From Thermoprotei archaeon (GTDB lineage Archaea; Thermoproteota; Thermoprotei; Gearchaeales; Gearchaeaceae), in assembly GCA_017857595.1 (NCBI GenBank), contig JAFMCU010000003.1, forward strand, positions 7,403-71,402: a stretch of DNA of 64,000 bases, given 5' to 3'. Shown piece by piece: positions 9,265 to 19,309 of the stretch (position 1 is its first letter; every line of letters begins with the position of its first letter). A program made the translations under genes and the position numbers. The notes under the pieces were generated by a model. It was not told the origin of the DNA. It did no database searches and saw nothing but the letters and a program-made list of their open reading frames with translations.

Positions 9265-11125
9265 ATTTTATTCCTCTACTTTTAAGTTCTTCAGTAAGCA
9301 AAGGTACAACTTTAAAGAGGTCTCCTATAACTCCAAAATCGCTAACGTTAAAAATTGGAGCTTCTGGGTCAATGTTAATCGCAGAAATTATATCTGAATT
9401 TTGCATTCCGACAATATGTTGTATAGCGCCTGAAATTCCGATTGCTATATAAAGTCTGGGTCTAACTATTAATCCAGTTTGTCCTACTTGCCTATCTTTC
9501 GGTAGCCATCCTGAATATACCACAGCCCTAGTCGCTCCAATTTCTGCATTCAAAAGTTTTGCTAATTCTTCTACAATGTATAAATTTTTAGGTGAGCCTA
9601 ACCCTTTACCTACTGAAACAATTATTTTAGCTTCCTCTAATTTTATCTTCTCTCTTGGTATGAATTTCAATAGTTGTGTATTAATTTTATTTTCTGCAAT
9701 TTCTACTTCTTCCTGTATCATTTCTACATTTGGATTTGGTATCTTTGGTGGTATTTTCATCACTCTAGGTCTAACAGTCACCATTTGGGGTTTATGTTTA
9801 GGACAAACTATTGTAGACATTTCGTTTCCTCCGAAATCAGGTCTTGTACCTAACAACATTCCTGTAGCTGGGTCTATGTCTAACTGAGTTCCATCAGCTG
9901 TTAATCCCGTTGGTATTAATGTAGCTACATATCCAGCCCAATCTCTACCATTTTGTGTACCAGGCATTAGCAGTATATCTGGTTTATATTTAAGACAAAG
10001 TTGTGTTAGAGCAAAAGAATATGGTTCTGTTCTATAATCTTCTAATATAGGATGGTCAATATAATAAACTTTATCTGCGCCATATGAAGCGCATTCATCG
10101 ATTAAATGCTTTATGTTATGTCCTACGATTACAGCTGCACATTTTACTCCTAATAATCTTGATAACCTCCTAGCTTCACCAAGAAGTTCCCATGAAACAC
10201 TATCAGCCTTTCCATATCTATGTTCAACTGTACTCCAAACTTCTCCAAATTTCTTTGTTTTATCTTGTGCAATAGGTAAAGGTTTAACTTCTTCATATTT
10301 TTCAGCAACTTTTTCGCTAAAAGCATTTACCTTTATTAAATTGTCAACTAACCATATTGCTGCATCCTTTTCTCTATTTCTACCATCGAATATTTGTCCT
10401 TTCTTTCTTGGTGGAGGAGCAAAAACTCTCTTTACAAAAGTAGGAGATCCTCTTAAACCTATTTTATCATCTTCAAGTTTTAAATCATCTTTATTCCATC
10501 TAACAATTTTCGCTCTATAAGCCTTTATAATATCGCTTATTGATGGTACTCTCGGTTTACTAGCTTCTTCTGTTATACTTAGTGCAGCAGGTAATTTTGC
10601 TTTTACAATTTCTTCTCCATCATATGTTTTTCTGTTAGCTATTACATACTTCTCTTCTAAGTTAATTTCTTGAATTTTATACGCGTATGTGATTATAGGA
10701 ATACCAAACCTTGCTGCAACACCAGGTCCTGTTTGACCAGTTTCACCATCTATAGCCTGTCTTCCAAAAAATATAAAGGTAAAGGGTCCATGTATCTCTA
10801 CAATTTTTTTTATTGCCATGTATAAAGTATAGGATGTAGCTAATGTATCAGAACCTGCTAAAGCTCTATCCGAAACATGATATGCATAATCAGCTCCCAT
10901 AGCTAAAAGTTCTCTTAGACTACTTTCAGCTTGTAATGGGCCCATCGTTACAACTGATAAAATCCCTCCGAATTTTTCTTTAATCCTTAATGCTTCTTCT
11001 GCAGCATATAAATCTGGTGGATTGGTGACAGATGGAACACCTTCTCTAATCAAATTATTAGTTTTAGGGTCTATTCTCATGTCTGTTGAATCCGGTACCT
11101 GTTTTGTGCAAAGTATTATATGCAT
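9257..11125 (-). CDS. etfBA: Fused electron transfer flavoprotein beta-alpha (EtfB-EtfA / FixA-FixB fusion)
   Basis: N-terminal half is EtfB-like (MHIILCTKQVPD...). C-terminal half is EtfA-like (PRLYIAIGISGAIQHIVGMQNSDIISAINIDPEAPIF). 622 aa single ORF. Confidence 0.8.
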   Translation of the reverse strand: MHIILCTKQVPDSTDMRIDPKTNNLIREGVPSVTNPPDLYAAEEALRIKEKFGGILSVVTMGPLQAESSLRELLAMGADYAYHVSDRALAGSDTLATSYTLYMAIKKIVEIHGPFTFIFFGRQAIDGETGQTGPGVAARFGIPIITYAYKIQEINLEEKYVIANRKTYDGEEIVKAKLPAALSITEEASKPRVPSISDIIKAYRAKIVRWNKDDLKLEDDKIGLRGSPTFVKRVFAPPPRKKGQIFDGRNREKDAAIWLVDNLIKVNAFSEKVAEKYEEVKPLPIAQDKTKKFGEVWSTVEHRYGKADSVSWELLGEARRLSRLLGVKCAAVIVGHNIKHLIDECASYGADKVYYIDHPILEDYRTEPYSFALTQLCLKYKPDILLMPGTQNGRDWAGYVATLIPTGLTADGTQLDIDPATGMLLGTRPDFGGNEMSTIVCPKHKPQMVTVRPRVMKIPPKIPNPNVEMIQEEVEIAENKINTQLLKFIPREKIKLEEAKIIVSVGKGLGSPKNLYIVEELAKLLNAEIGATRAVVYSGWLPKDRQVGQTGLIVRPRLYIAIGISGAIQHIVGMQNSDIISAINIDPEAPIFNVSDFGVIGDLFKVVPLLTEELKSRGIKYG

Positions 11126-11193
11126 CCTTTTTAATAATTAAGAAAAACTTGAATATATATAATTCGTTAGAATAAAAGAAAAAAATATAATAA

Positions 11194-12477
11194 GTGAATC
11201 AAATGTTCAAAGGTAAACCGTTGTTGCCTAAGAGTTTGCTGAAGTATGAATTCGAAGTGTATATTATTATCCTTTTTATTTCCAGATTCTTTCCAGTTTT
11301 GTTGATTCCGATCATACATTTTCCTTTGGTTACTTATTTTACTTCATGGCTTCATGATATTTACATAATTCAGCAAAAGAATGGGATTTTAAACGTTTGG
11401 ACGCCTTATCCTTTTCTATTTAATTTGTATTCATACATTCTTAATTTCTTAACTATGAATAGTTTGCTAAATTTTTCAGTAATATTTTATTTCATCAATG
11501 CTATTTGTGACTCTATAACAGGAATATTAATATGGAAAATACTTGAAGAATCACCAAACCATTACTCGCAATATGTTAGGTGGCTTTATTTGTCATCACC
11601 GCTACCCCTTTTTTGGATTTATACACAACAAGTTTATGATCCTGTTGTTATCTTATTTTTAGTTTTAGGGTACTACTTCATAAACAAGAAGAGTAAATTA
11701 AGTACATTTTTTATTTCAGTTGGAACATCCTTGAAAATTATTCCGATTTTCATTTATGGAAGCTGCCTTTTTGATAAAAACATGAGAAAAATTTTCTTTA
11801 AGTATTTGCCATTTTTAATTCTTGGTTTAATTGTATTTAATGTTCCGATATTTTTTAATTTAAATTTATACACAAGCTCTTTAGCTTGGCAATCTAATAG
11901 GCCTGCATGGGAATCCATGTTTGGTCTGTTTGATTACTTAAAGAATGGCTTTTACATTCCAACAGGAGCTTATTTAAATTGTCCTTCTGATAGTTTTACA
12001 TTACAACTTGTAGGTTTTCATATGATAGGAATTACACCCTGTCCTTCTATATTTTCTGAACCTTTAAAATATAATGTTTCATTTTTTTCACAGAGCATCT
12101 TAAAAACCATATCTTTAGCTCTTGTTGTTATTTTCACAATCGTTTTTTTATATTTTGCTACAAGTAAGCTTACATTTGAAAAAATTACATTAGGTTTACT
12201 TTCTTTAATATTTGCATTTTCATTTGGATTTTCACCACAGTATGCACTTTATGAATTAGTTATATTAATAATTGCTTCAAAGCCCGAGAAAATTATTTTT
12301 AATTCAATCGTATTACAGTTGCTTTTATTGATTGAATATCCTTTTTTGTCTATACTTGTCCCAATGTTTTTCCATTTAAGTGTTGATGTAATATTAATTC
12401 CTTTTTGGTTCATAGTTTTTGTAAGAAGCTTTTTCTTAATTTATATAGCTATGTCTGTAATGTTAAATAAGATATGA
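11194..12477 (+). CDS. Polytopic integral membrane protein, possible GT-C-type glycosyltransferase
   Basis: At least 10 predicted TM segments and aromatic-rich loops; no soluble catalytic motif. Assignment is weak. Confidence 0.3.
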   Translation: MNQMFKGKPLLPKSLLKYEFEVYIIILFISRFFPVLLIPIIHFPLVTYFTSWLHDIYIIQQKNGILNVWTPYPFLFNLYSYILNFLTMNSLLNFSVIFYFINAICDSITGILIWKILEESPNHYSQYVRWLYLSSPLPLFWIYTQQVYDPVVILFLVLGYYFINKKSKLSTFFISVGTSLKIIPIFIYGSCLFDKNMRKIFFKYLPFLILGLIVFNVPIFFNLNLYTSSLAWQSNRPAWESMFGLFDYLKNGFYIPTGAYLNCPSDSFTLQLVGFHMIGITPCPSIFSEPLKYNVSFFSQSILKTISLALVVIFTIVFLYFATSKLTFEKITLGLLSLIFAFSFGFSPQYALYELVILIIASKPEKIIFNSIVLQLLLLIEYPFLSILVPMFFHLSVDVILIPFWFIVFVRSFFLIYIAMSVMLNKI

Positions 12478-13148
12478 GTTCAGAAGATTTTATTAAAAAA
12501 ATAGATTCTATATCAAAGGCTAAAAAAAGTAAGCTCATTTTAGCTATAGACGATGCGAATCACTATTCAAAGGTCTTTCTAGAACAATTAAGAGAATATT
12601 CTGTAGGAATTAAAATAGGTCTAACTTGTTTATTAGAAGCATATTCTTATGCTGAAAGACTAAATTATGAATTATCAAAAGATTTTGTTACAATAGCTGA
12701 TCTGAAAATAGCTGATGTTCAACATATTTGTGAAAAAATAGGAAAGCTTGCAAAAAAATTGAATTTTGATGCTGTTATAGCTCATACATTTATTGGCGAA
12801 TCTTCTCTTAAAGCTTTAAATAAAGTTATCCCGACGTTAGGTATAGTAGCGATGACTTCACATGATTCAATAAAATATGATGAAAATCTTGAATATTTTG
12901 TTGAGATATGCAATAATTTAAGCCTTGCAGGGATAATTGCTCCAGCAACAAAGCCTGATATTTTAAAAAGACTAAGGTCAAAAACACATTTAAAAATTTT
13001 TTCTCCTGGAATAGGTGCACAAGGAATGAAATATGGGTCTGCAATAAAGAATGGGGCAGATTATGAAATTGTTGGTAGATCTATTTTTGAAGCAAAAGAT
13101 TATATAAGCGAAGCGAAAAAAGCTGTTGAATTACAATGGATATCATAA
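12474..13148 (+). CDS. pyrF: Orotidine 5'-phosphate decarboxylase
   Basis: LILAIDD...ADLKIADV (catalytic DxKxxD); 224 aa; overlaps pyrE start. Confidence 0.8.
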   Translation: MSSEDFIKKIDSISKAKKSKLILAIDDANHYSKVFLEQLREYSVGIKIGLTCLLEAYSYAERLNYELSKDFVTIADLKIADVQHICEKIGKLAKKLNFDAVIAHTFIGESSLKALNKVIPTLGIVAMTSHDSIKYDENLEYFVEICNNLSLAGIIAPATKPDILKRLRSKTHLKIFSPGIGAQGMKYGSAIKNGADYEIVGRSIFEAKDYISEAKKAVELQWIS

Positions 13149-13672
13149 TTAAAAAATTGCTAGAAATAGGTTCTATTAAAACAGGTAAATTCTTACTTTC
13201 TTCAGGCAAAGAATCCAATATTTATATAGATTTAAGAGTTGCTTTATCTTTTCCGGATATTTATAGTTATATTGTTGAAGAATCGGCAAAATTGATAGAT
13301 AAAATTAAGTTCGATGCTATAGCTGGCATTCCAACAGGTGGTTTAGCTTGGGCATCTTTCATTGCTTATAGACTTAAAAAACCTTTAGTATATATAAGGA
13401 AGGAAACTAAAGGTCACGGAACACAAAAGTTGATTGAAGGAAAAGTTGAAAAGAATTCTGAAATTTTAATTGTTGATGATGTTGCTACTACAGGTGGAAA
13501 TATATTTGATGGCTATGAAAAATTGAAAGATGAAAACTATTTTGTAAATTATGCCTTCGTTATTGTAGATAGAGAAGAAGGTGCATATAACAAGCTAAAA
13601 GATTATGGAATTGAACTAATTTCATTATTTAAATTGAAAGATATTTTAAATCAGATAAAGGAAATAATTTAA
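13136..13672 (+). CDS. pyrE: Orotate phosphoribosyltransferase
   Basis: PRPP-binding motif ILIVDDVATTGGNI; 178 aa. Confidence 0.8.
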   Translation: MDIIIKKLLEIGSIKTGKFLLSSGKESNIYIDLRVALSFPDIYSYIVEESAKLIDKIKFDAIAGIPTGGLAWASFIAYRLKKPLVYIRKETKGHGTQKLIEGKVEKNSEILIVDDVATTGGNIFDGYEKLKDENYFVNYAFVIVDREEGAYNKLKDYGIELISLFKLKDILNQIKEII

Positions 13673-13695
13673 ACTGATTAAAGAAATTAGATTTC

Positions 13696-14616
13696 ATGAA
13701 TATGAATTGGTTCAACAGGGATATCATTACAATAGAGAACTTTAGTAGAGAGGAGCTTGAACACTTATTTAATATTGCAGATAAATATATGAATATTAAA
13801 TTTAAGGATTCATTAAAAGGTAAAATTATTGCTAATTTGTTTCTTGAGCCAAGCACTAGAACACGAGTTAGTTTTGAAGTAGCAGCTAAGAGATTGGGAG
13901 CTGAAGTTGTTAATGTAACGGGAGAGTATGCTTCGATAAAAAAGGGAGAAAGTCTTTATGATACATTAAAGATGTTAGATTCATACTGCGACCTCATCAT
14001 TATAAGAAGTCCAATAGAAGGCTCTGCGCAGTTTGCAGCTGACATTTGTGAACATCCAGTAATAAACGCAGGTGATGGAACACTTAATCATCCTACACAG
14101 GCAATGATTGATTTATACACGATAAAGAACACTTTCAACAGGTTAGATAAATTGAACATTGGTGTATATGGAGACTTAAAATATGGCAGGGCTGTTGTTT
14201 CATTTATCCTAGCGATTTCTAAATATGATAATAAAATATACGCAATTTCTCCTGAACAATTAAAAATTCGAAATGAAATAAAAGATGAGCTCTTAAATAA
14301 AGGTGTAAAAATTGAAGAATTTACTAACTTAGAACATGTTATTTCCGAGCTCGATGTTTTATATGTAACTAGGTTGCAAAAAGAAAGATTTGTAGACCTT
14401 GCTGAATATGAGAGAGTAAGAGGTTCTTACAAACTTGATTTAAAGAGCTTAGAGAAGTCCAAGCCAAATATGATTGTAATGCATCCATTGCCAAGGGTTG
14501 AGGAGCTTACATATGAATTAGATTCGACATCTAAACAAGCTTATTTTAGACAAGCGAAATTTGGAATACCTTTAAGAATGGCTATTTTATCATTAATATT
14601 TGGGGTTGAAGTATAG
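13696..14616 (+). CDS. pyrB: Aspartate carbamoyltransferase catalytic subunit
   Basis: STRTRVSFE, HPTQ and HPLP motifs; 306 aa. Confidence 0.9.
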   Translation: MNMNWFNRDIITIENFSREELEHLFNIADKYMNIKFKDSLKGKIIANLFLEPSTRTRVSFEVAAKRLGAEVVNVTGEYASIKKGESLYDTLKMLDSYCDLIIIRSPIEGSAQFAADICEHPVINAGDGTLNHPTQAMIDLYTIKNTFNRLDKLNIGVYGDLKYGRAVVSFILAISKYDNKIYAISPEQLKIRNEIKDELLNKGVKIEEFTNLEHVISELDVLYVTRLQKERFVDLAEYERVRGSYKLDLKSLEKSKPNMIVMHPLPRVEELTYELDSTSKQAYFRQAKFGIPLRMAILSLIFGVEV

Positions 14617-14618
14617 CC

Positions 14619-15104
14619 ATGGAAGAATACGAAATGAAAGTTACTAAGATAAAGAATGGCACCGTTATCGACCATATTCCTGCTGGAAAAGCGCTTTCTG
14701 TTCTTAGTTTATTAGAATTGACAGGTAAAGAAGGATATACGATAGCTTTAGTTATGAATGTAAAAAGCAGAAAATTGGGAATTAAAGATGTTGTTAAAGT
14801 AGAAAATTTAGAAATTAATCCAAATTTGTTGAACAGATTAGCACTTATTGCACCTGAAGCTACAATAAATATCATAAGAGACTATAAGGTTTATGAAAAA
14901 AGAAAAATAGCACTACAAGACGTGGTTGAAAACATTCTTAAATGTAATAACCCAACTTGTATAAGTAGACAGTATAATGAACCAATAATCTCTAGCTTCC
15001 GTGTCATATCGAAGAAGCCTTTAAAGCTTAAATGCAACTATTGTATGCGATATTTAAATGAAAGTGAAGTTATAGAGCAAATTGTTGAGCGAAGTAAATT
15101 CTGA
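14619..15104 (+). CDS. pyrI: Aspartate carbamoyltransferase regulatory subunit
   Basis: IKNGTVIDHIPAGKAL N-terminus; C-terminal Zn domain CNNPTC...CNYC; follows pyrB with a 2-nt gap. Confidence 0.85.
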   Translation: MEEYEMKVTKIKNGTVIDHIPAGKALSVLSLLELTGKEGYTIALVMNVKSRKLGIKDVVKVENLEINPNLLNRLALIAPEATINIIRDYKVYEKRKIALQDVVENILKCNNPTCISRQYNEPIISSFRVISKKPLKLKCNYCMRYLNESEVIEQIVERSKF

Positions 15105-16311
15105 AGACTATTGTATTGAGGGTAAAGCCTATGTAAATAATGATTTAATAGAATGTTCAATTCTAATCAGCGGAGAAAAAATATCTAAAATATCAAAGGT
15201 TTCAAATATAGATATTAAAAAAATTAAAATTGGTAAAGGAAGTGTAATCCTTCCAGCAGGCATTGATTTACACGTTCACTTTAGAGATTGGAATGAAAGT
15301 TATAAAGAAACGATATTATCAGGTTCTTTAGCTGCGTTAGCTGGAGGGATAACAACAGTTTTAGATATGCCCAATACTAAACCACCTGTTAATACAATAG
15401 AAAATTTAAAGAAAAGATATGAGGACTTTAAAAACAAATCCAAGGTTGATTTTGGTCTGCATATAAAGCCTAGCTATGAAATATTGAGAAACAATAAAAT
15501 AAATGAGTATTTTGCAGTAAAATTTTATGAAGAAGACCTTAAAGCATTGCCTAATTTCGAGGAATTATTAAATGATAAAAAAGCAGTTTTTCATGCACAA
15601 TTTGGGTTAGATGAAGTATCCGCTGTAAATTATGTATTGGAGCATTCAAAAAAATTAAACAACATACGTTTTGCTCATATATCTAGAGCGGAATCAATAG
15701 AATTGATAGAATCTTATAGAAGAAAATTTGAGGATAAAAAAGTTTACATTGAAGTAACACCGCATCATACTTTTATTTGTATTGATGATGTTGCAAATAA
15801 GCCAAAAGGCTATTCTACTGTACGTCCGCCTTTAGCATTGAGACGAGATAATGAAGCAATTATAAATGCAATTAATGTTGGAAAAATTGATTTTATAGCA
15901 AGCGATCATGCTCCTCATAGTTTAGAGGAAAAATTATCAGAAAATCCTCCTCCAGGTTATCCTTCTATAGAAGTAATGTATTCTATATTTTTAGATAGTT
16001 GTTTTAAAGGCATAATAAAATTAAATAAACTAATAGATTGCCTTTGTGTGTATCCTGCGAGATATTTAGGAATAAAAAAAGGCATTATTAGAGAGGGTTA
16101 TTATGCAGATTTAGTTATATTTAATTTTGAAAATGATATGGTAATAGACTCTAGTAAATTTATATCAAAGTCAAAATTTTCTCCATTTGATGGATGGAAG
16201 ATTAAAGCTAAAATTGAAACCACAATTAGAAGAGGCAAGATTCTATTTAATAACGGTGAATTTTATAATTTGAATTATCCTTCAAAAAATATAATAGAAT
16301 TAATAAATTAA
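15082..16311 (+). CDS. pyrC: Dihydroorotase
   Basis: DLHVHFRDW and DHAPH metal-binding motifs; 409 aa; overlaps pyrI end. Confidence 0.8.
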   Translation: MLSEVNSEDYCIEGKAYVNNDLIECSILISGEKISKISKVSNIDIKKIKIGKGSVILPAGIDLHVHFRDWNESYKETILSGSLAALAGGITTVLDMPNTKPPVNTIENLKKRYEDFKNKSKVDFGLHIKPSYEILRNNKINEYFAVKFYEEDLKALPNFEELLNDKKAVFHAQFGLDEVSAVNYVLEHSKKLNNIRFAHISRAESIELIESYRRKFEDKKVYIEVTPHHTFICIDDVANKPKGYSTVRPPLALRRDNEAIINAINVGKIDFIASDHAPHSLEEKLSENPPPGYPSIEVMYSIFLDSCFKGIIKLNKLIDCLCVYPARYLGIKKGIIREGYYADLVIFNFENDMVIDSSKFISKSKFSPFDGWKIKAKIETTIRRGKILFNNGEFYNLNYPSKNIIELIN

Positions 16312-17244
16312 TCTATTGCTAAATTCTAAGAATTCTGATTTAGAAAAGTTAAAATCATATTTTCCTAGTGTTCTCATAAGATTATAGGAAAATAATTGAG
16401 CATAAAAACTACCGATTATATAACTTTCTTGCAACCTTTGAGAAAAATCTATTTTTATACAGAAATTAATTTTTTCACTTAAACTATCGAACAATAATTG
16501 AGCCTTTTTATCTTCAGGCCTGCTCAGAATTATAAGGCCGTCATTTCTATTTAAGAAGAACAAATCTACATGACTAAATAATTCAACCCTTTCTGCGAAT
16601 GCCTTTATCCCTGTTGTTTCAGCAGTTTTAGCTTTCCAATAATATGCTATAGGATATAATAGTGGTGATGCCAATATAAACAAAGATCCATCACCAAAAT
16701 AGCCAAATCTTTTTTCCTTTGATTTTTCATATTCCCTTTTTATTATTTCGAAATCTAAATCTATTCCAAATAATGAAAATGAAGCAACTAAAGATTTTGT
16801 AAACGATAATGTTCCAGGTAGTATTATCTTTTCTTTATAATTCATATCGATAACTAAATCTGCTATTTTTGCTAGTTCAGAATCCCTATTACCTGTAATA
16901 GCAATTATTCTGTTTTTTAATTCTTTTGCTTTTTTTGCTAAATTTATATTCGCATTTGTTTTTCCAGATACAGATATAAAGATAAAATTTTTTCCGAAAG
17001 GTAATTTTTTATATTGCCATTCATAGGGTTCACCATAAACACAACCAGTTAATTCACTTACGGCAATTGATGCAGCATATGAATCTCCTAAACCAAAAAA
17101 GTAACTTTCATTTTCTTTTTGGTTCAAAATACCAAAATATTCGCTTCTTTTAAGATCTTCATAATAACTTTTCAAAATGCTTACTTGACCTTTTATTTCA
17201 TTAATAAATTCTACTATCATTATAAAATAATTATTTAATCCCAA
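16300..17244 (-). CDS. SIS-domain protein, possibly a bifunctional phosphoglucose/phosphomannose isomerase
   Basis: Two SIS-like phosphosugar-binding segments (FISVSGKTNANI..., IAITGNRDSELA); about 310 aa like archaeal PGI/PMI. Confidence 0.4.
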   Translation of the reverse strand: MGLNNYFIMIVEFINEIKGQVSILKSYYEDLKRSEYFGILNQKENESYFFGLGDSYAASIAVSELTGCVYGEPYEWQYKKLPFGKNFIFISVSGKTNANINLAKKAKELKNRIIAITGNRDSELAKIADLVIDMNYKEKIILPGTLSFTKSLVASFSLFGIDLDFEIIKREYEKSKEKRFGYFGDGSLFILASPLLYPIAYYWKAKTAETTGIKAFAERVELFSHVDLFFLNRNDGLIILSRPEDKKAQLLFDSLSEKINFCIKIDFSQRLQESYIIGSFYAQLFSYNLMRTLGKYDFNFSKSEFLEFSNRLIY

Positions 17245-17310
17245 TTATAGAAGATATATACAAATTATTTTGTAATAACATTTAAATTTGTAATACAATT
17301 TAATAATAAT

Positions 17311-17937
17311 ATGAACTCAAAACAAATAGCTATAGTAGCACTTTTAGGTAGTTTGGTCTCTATTATTTCTCTAACTCTTTCTCACTATTTTCCATTCCCA
17401 ATACTGCCATATTTGGAATTTGATCCTGCTGAAATAATAGTTATTTTAGCATTCTTATTATTTGGACCTTTTATTGCAATAATAATTGAAGCTATTCATT
17501 TCTTATTGCTCAACATTTTCTCTCAATTTCCATTAATAGGTCCTGCAGCAAAATCAATAGCCGTGCTATCTACCATTCTTGGTTATTATTCAGCTTTTCT
17601 GGTACTAAAGAGGTCAAGCTACGAAAAGTTAATGTCTCTAGGAATTGTATTTGCAATGATTTTAAGGGTGGGAGTAATGACGATAGTAAATTATTTGTTC
17701 TTTATAACAATCTTTGCAGGATATATAAATTACGCATCTCATTCAATTTTAGTTACTACAGGAATTTATTCAAGTAATCCATTAATTTGGATTCTAATAT
17801 TTACAGCTATTTACAATGCATTGCATACTTTATTAAGCGTAATTCCTGCAGCTTCAATTGCTAAAATTCAATCTATTCAAAAAATAGTTATACCAATTTC
17901 AACCCCTTGGTTTTTGAAGTTTTTGATTAAAAAATAA
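17311..17937 (+). CDS. Small membrane protein, possibly an ECF-transporter S component
   Basis: 6 predicted TM segments in 208 aa. Confidence 0.3.
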   Translation: MNSKQIAIVALLGSLVSIISLTLSHYFPFPILPYLEFDPAEIIVILAFLLFGPFIAIIIEAIHFLLLNIFSQFPLIGPAAKSIAVLSTILGYYSAFLVLKRSSYEKLMSLGIVFAMILRVGVMTIVNYLFFITIFAGYINYASHSILVTTGIYSSNPLIWILIFTAIYNALHTLLSVIPAASIAKIQSIQKIVIPISTPWFLKFLIKK

Positions 17938-17958
17938 ATAAGAATTTCCAACCAATAA

Positions 17959-18558
17959 TTGCTATTAGTGGATATATTAACAAGTTTCCTATTAGGAACT
18001 TTATATGGCATATCTTTAGCTGCACCACCAGGTCCTATATTAGCTATGATGGCCCAACGAACAATCATTTCATATTTGAATGGTATAAGTGTAGGTTTTG
18101 GAGCTATGACAGCAGATTTTATTTTCATGATAATAACTCTATTACTTTATGGATTTATCAAGAATTTGCCTTTATTCCCATTTTATATAATAGGTTCATT
18201 ATTTATGATGTTTTTAATTTATTCTTCTTTAAAAAGTACCAAGAATGAGTTTAAAAGAGGAAATGAAAAAAGCTCAAATAGCTATTTATTAGGATTGGGA
18301 ATTGCATTGGTAAATCCTTTGCAAATTGGTTGGTGGCTTACAGCAGGATTAACCTTTATTTCACTATTTGGAATTATTTCTGTTGTAGGTTTCTTTACAG
18401 GAATAATAATTTGGGTATTATTTTTTGCATTCATTGTAAGAAAGGGTTATAGTATTAATAGAGGGATTGCTTCTTTAGCAATTAAAATATTTTCTATAGG
18501 AACGTTTTTTTTCTTTGCATCATATTTTATGTATATAGCAATAATAAGCTTGATCTAA
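17959..18558 (+). CDS. LysE/RhtB-family amino-acid exporter
   Basis: N-terminal GISLAAPPGPI signature and about 6 TM segments in 199 aa. Confidence 0.55.
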   Translation: MLLVDILTSFLLGTLYGISLAAPPGPILAMMAQRTIISYLNGISVGFGAMTADFIFMIITLLLYGFIKNLPLFPFYIIGSLFMMFLIYSSLKSTKNEFKRGNEKSSNSYLLGLGIALVNPLQIGWWLTAGLTFISLFGIISVVGFFTGIIIWVLFFAFIVRKGYSINRGIASLAIKIFSIGTFFFFASYFMYIAIISLI

Positions 18559-18559
18559 T

Positions 18560-18895
18560 ATGGAAGATAAAGGCATTGATCATAAAAAAATAATAAATTT
18601 AATAGTTAGTGGAGATACAGAAAAGGCTATAGAAGAGCTCTCTAACTATTATGGTGTTAAAAAACCCAATTTAAAAGTAGGGATACCTAAAGGTAAATAC
18701 AAAGCTTTAGCTATGTATGATCCAATAAAAAATACTATATATTTTAGAAAGGGTGAATATATGTACAATGCCTTTATAGTCCTTCATGAATTTTATCATG
18801 TTATAAGAATTTTTTGTAACAGGCATAGAGGTAATGAGAAAAAAGCTGATGAATTTGCACTGGAATTCCTTCAAAAATTGTATAAAATAAAATGA
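18560..18895 (+). CDS. Small HExxH protein, mini ImmA/IrrE-like (DUF955-like) putative metallopeptidase
   Basis: VLHEFYHVI followed 17 aa later by EKKADEFALEFL, matching the ImmA/IrrE HExxH...E..A..FA..fL pattern. 111 aa. Confidence 0.35.
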   Translation: MEDKGIDHKKIINLIVSGDTEKAIEELSNYYGVKKPNLKVGIPKGKYKALAMYDPIKNTIYFRKGEYMYNAFIVLHEFYHVIRIFCNRHRGNEKKADEFALEFLQKLYKIK

Positions 18896-18925
18896 ATTTA
18901 AATAATATTCTGTATTTCCATAAGC

Positions 18926-19309
18926 ATGGAAGATATTGCAAAAAAATATTTTCATGGCAATATTAATGATAAGGAAAGGGCAATATTTGAATTAGGAATA
19001 GCCTTAGGTTTTGTTTATCATCAATTTATGGCCATGCCTTTCAAAACCAAAGATATTGAAGTTATCAAAAAGGCTATTGAAGCTTCAATTCTTGCTCAAC
19101 CCTATCGAGTTTCAGCAAAAATTCAAATTGTTGATAAAAATCAAGAGATTAATCCATATTCTTATAATGAAATCAACAAAAGAAATATTAAAGCTGAAAT
19201 AAAAGTAAAATATGGTAATTATGTTGTTACAGGAAAATTAGAATATATTGAAGAAATTAATTATCCTTTGATGTATATTTCTAACATTGAAGAAATTAAT
19301 CATTTATAA
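18926..19309 (+). CDS. Possible archaeal dihydroneopterin aldolase (MptD-like)
   Basis: 127 aa; E..G...G..YHQF with E-to-H spacing of 10 and a downstream Gln, matching the reported MptD Glu/His/Gln spacing. Adjacent to an MptE-like gene. Confidence 0.35.
   Translation: MEDIAKKYFHGNINDKERAIFELGIALGFVYHQFMAMPFKTKDIEVIKKAIEASILAQPYRVSAKIQIVDKNQEINPYSYNEINKRNIKAEIKVKYGNYVVTGKLEYIEEINYPLMYISNIEEINHL

Noticed and set aside
8525-10520. ORFs 8525..8755, 9576..9887 and 10113..10520 (plus strand), and 7949..8137
   Set aside because: They are antisense to the fixC and etfBA coding frames, which have strong motifs. They are shadow ORFs.
12826-14875. Minus-strand ORFs 12826..13044, 13629..13856 and 14582..14875
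   Set aside because: They are antisense shadows inside pyrF, the pyrE/pyrB junction and pyrI.
17877-19202. ORFs 17877..18128 (minus), 18707..18955 (minus) and 19011..19202 (plus)
   Set aside because: They overlap better-supported genes on the other strand or in another frame (LysE-like, HExxH protein, MptD-like). They have no motifs.
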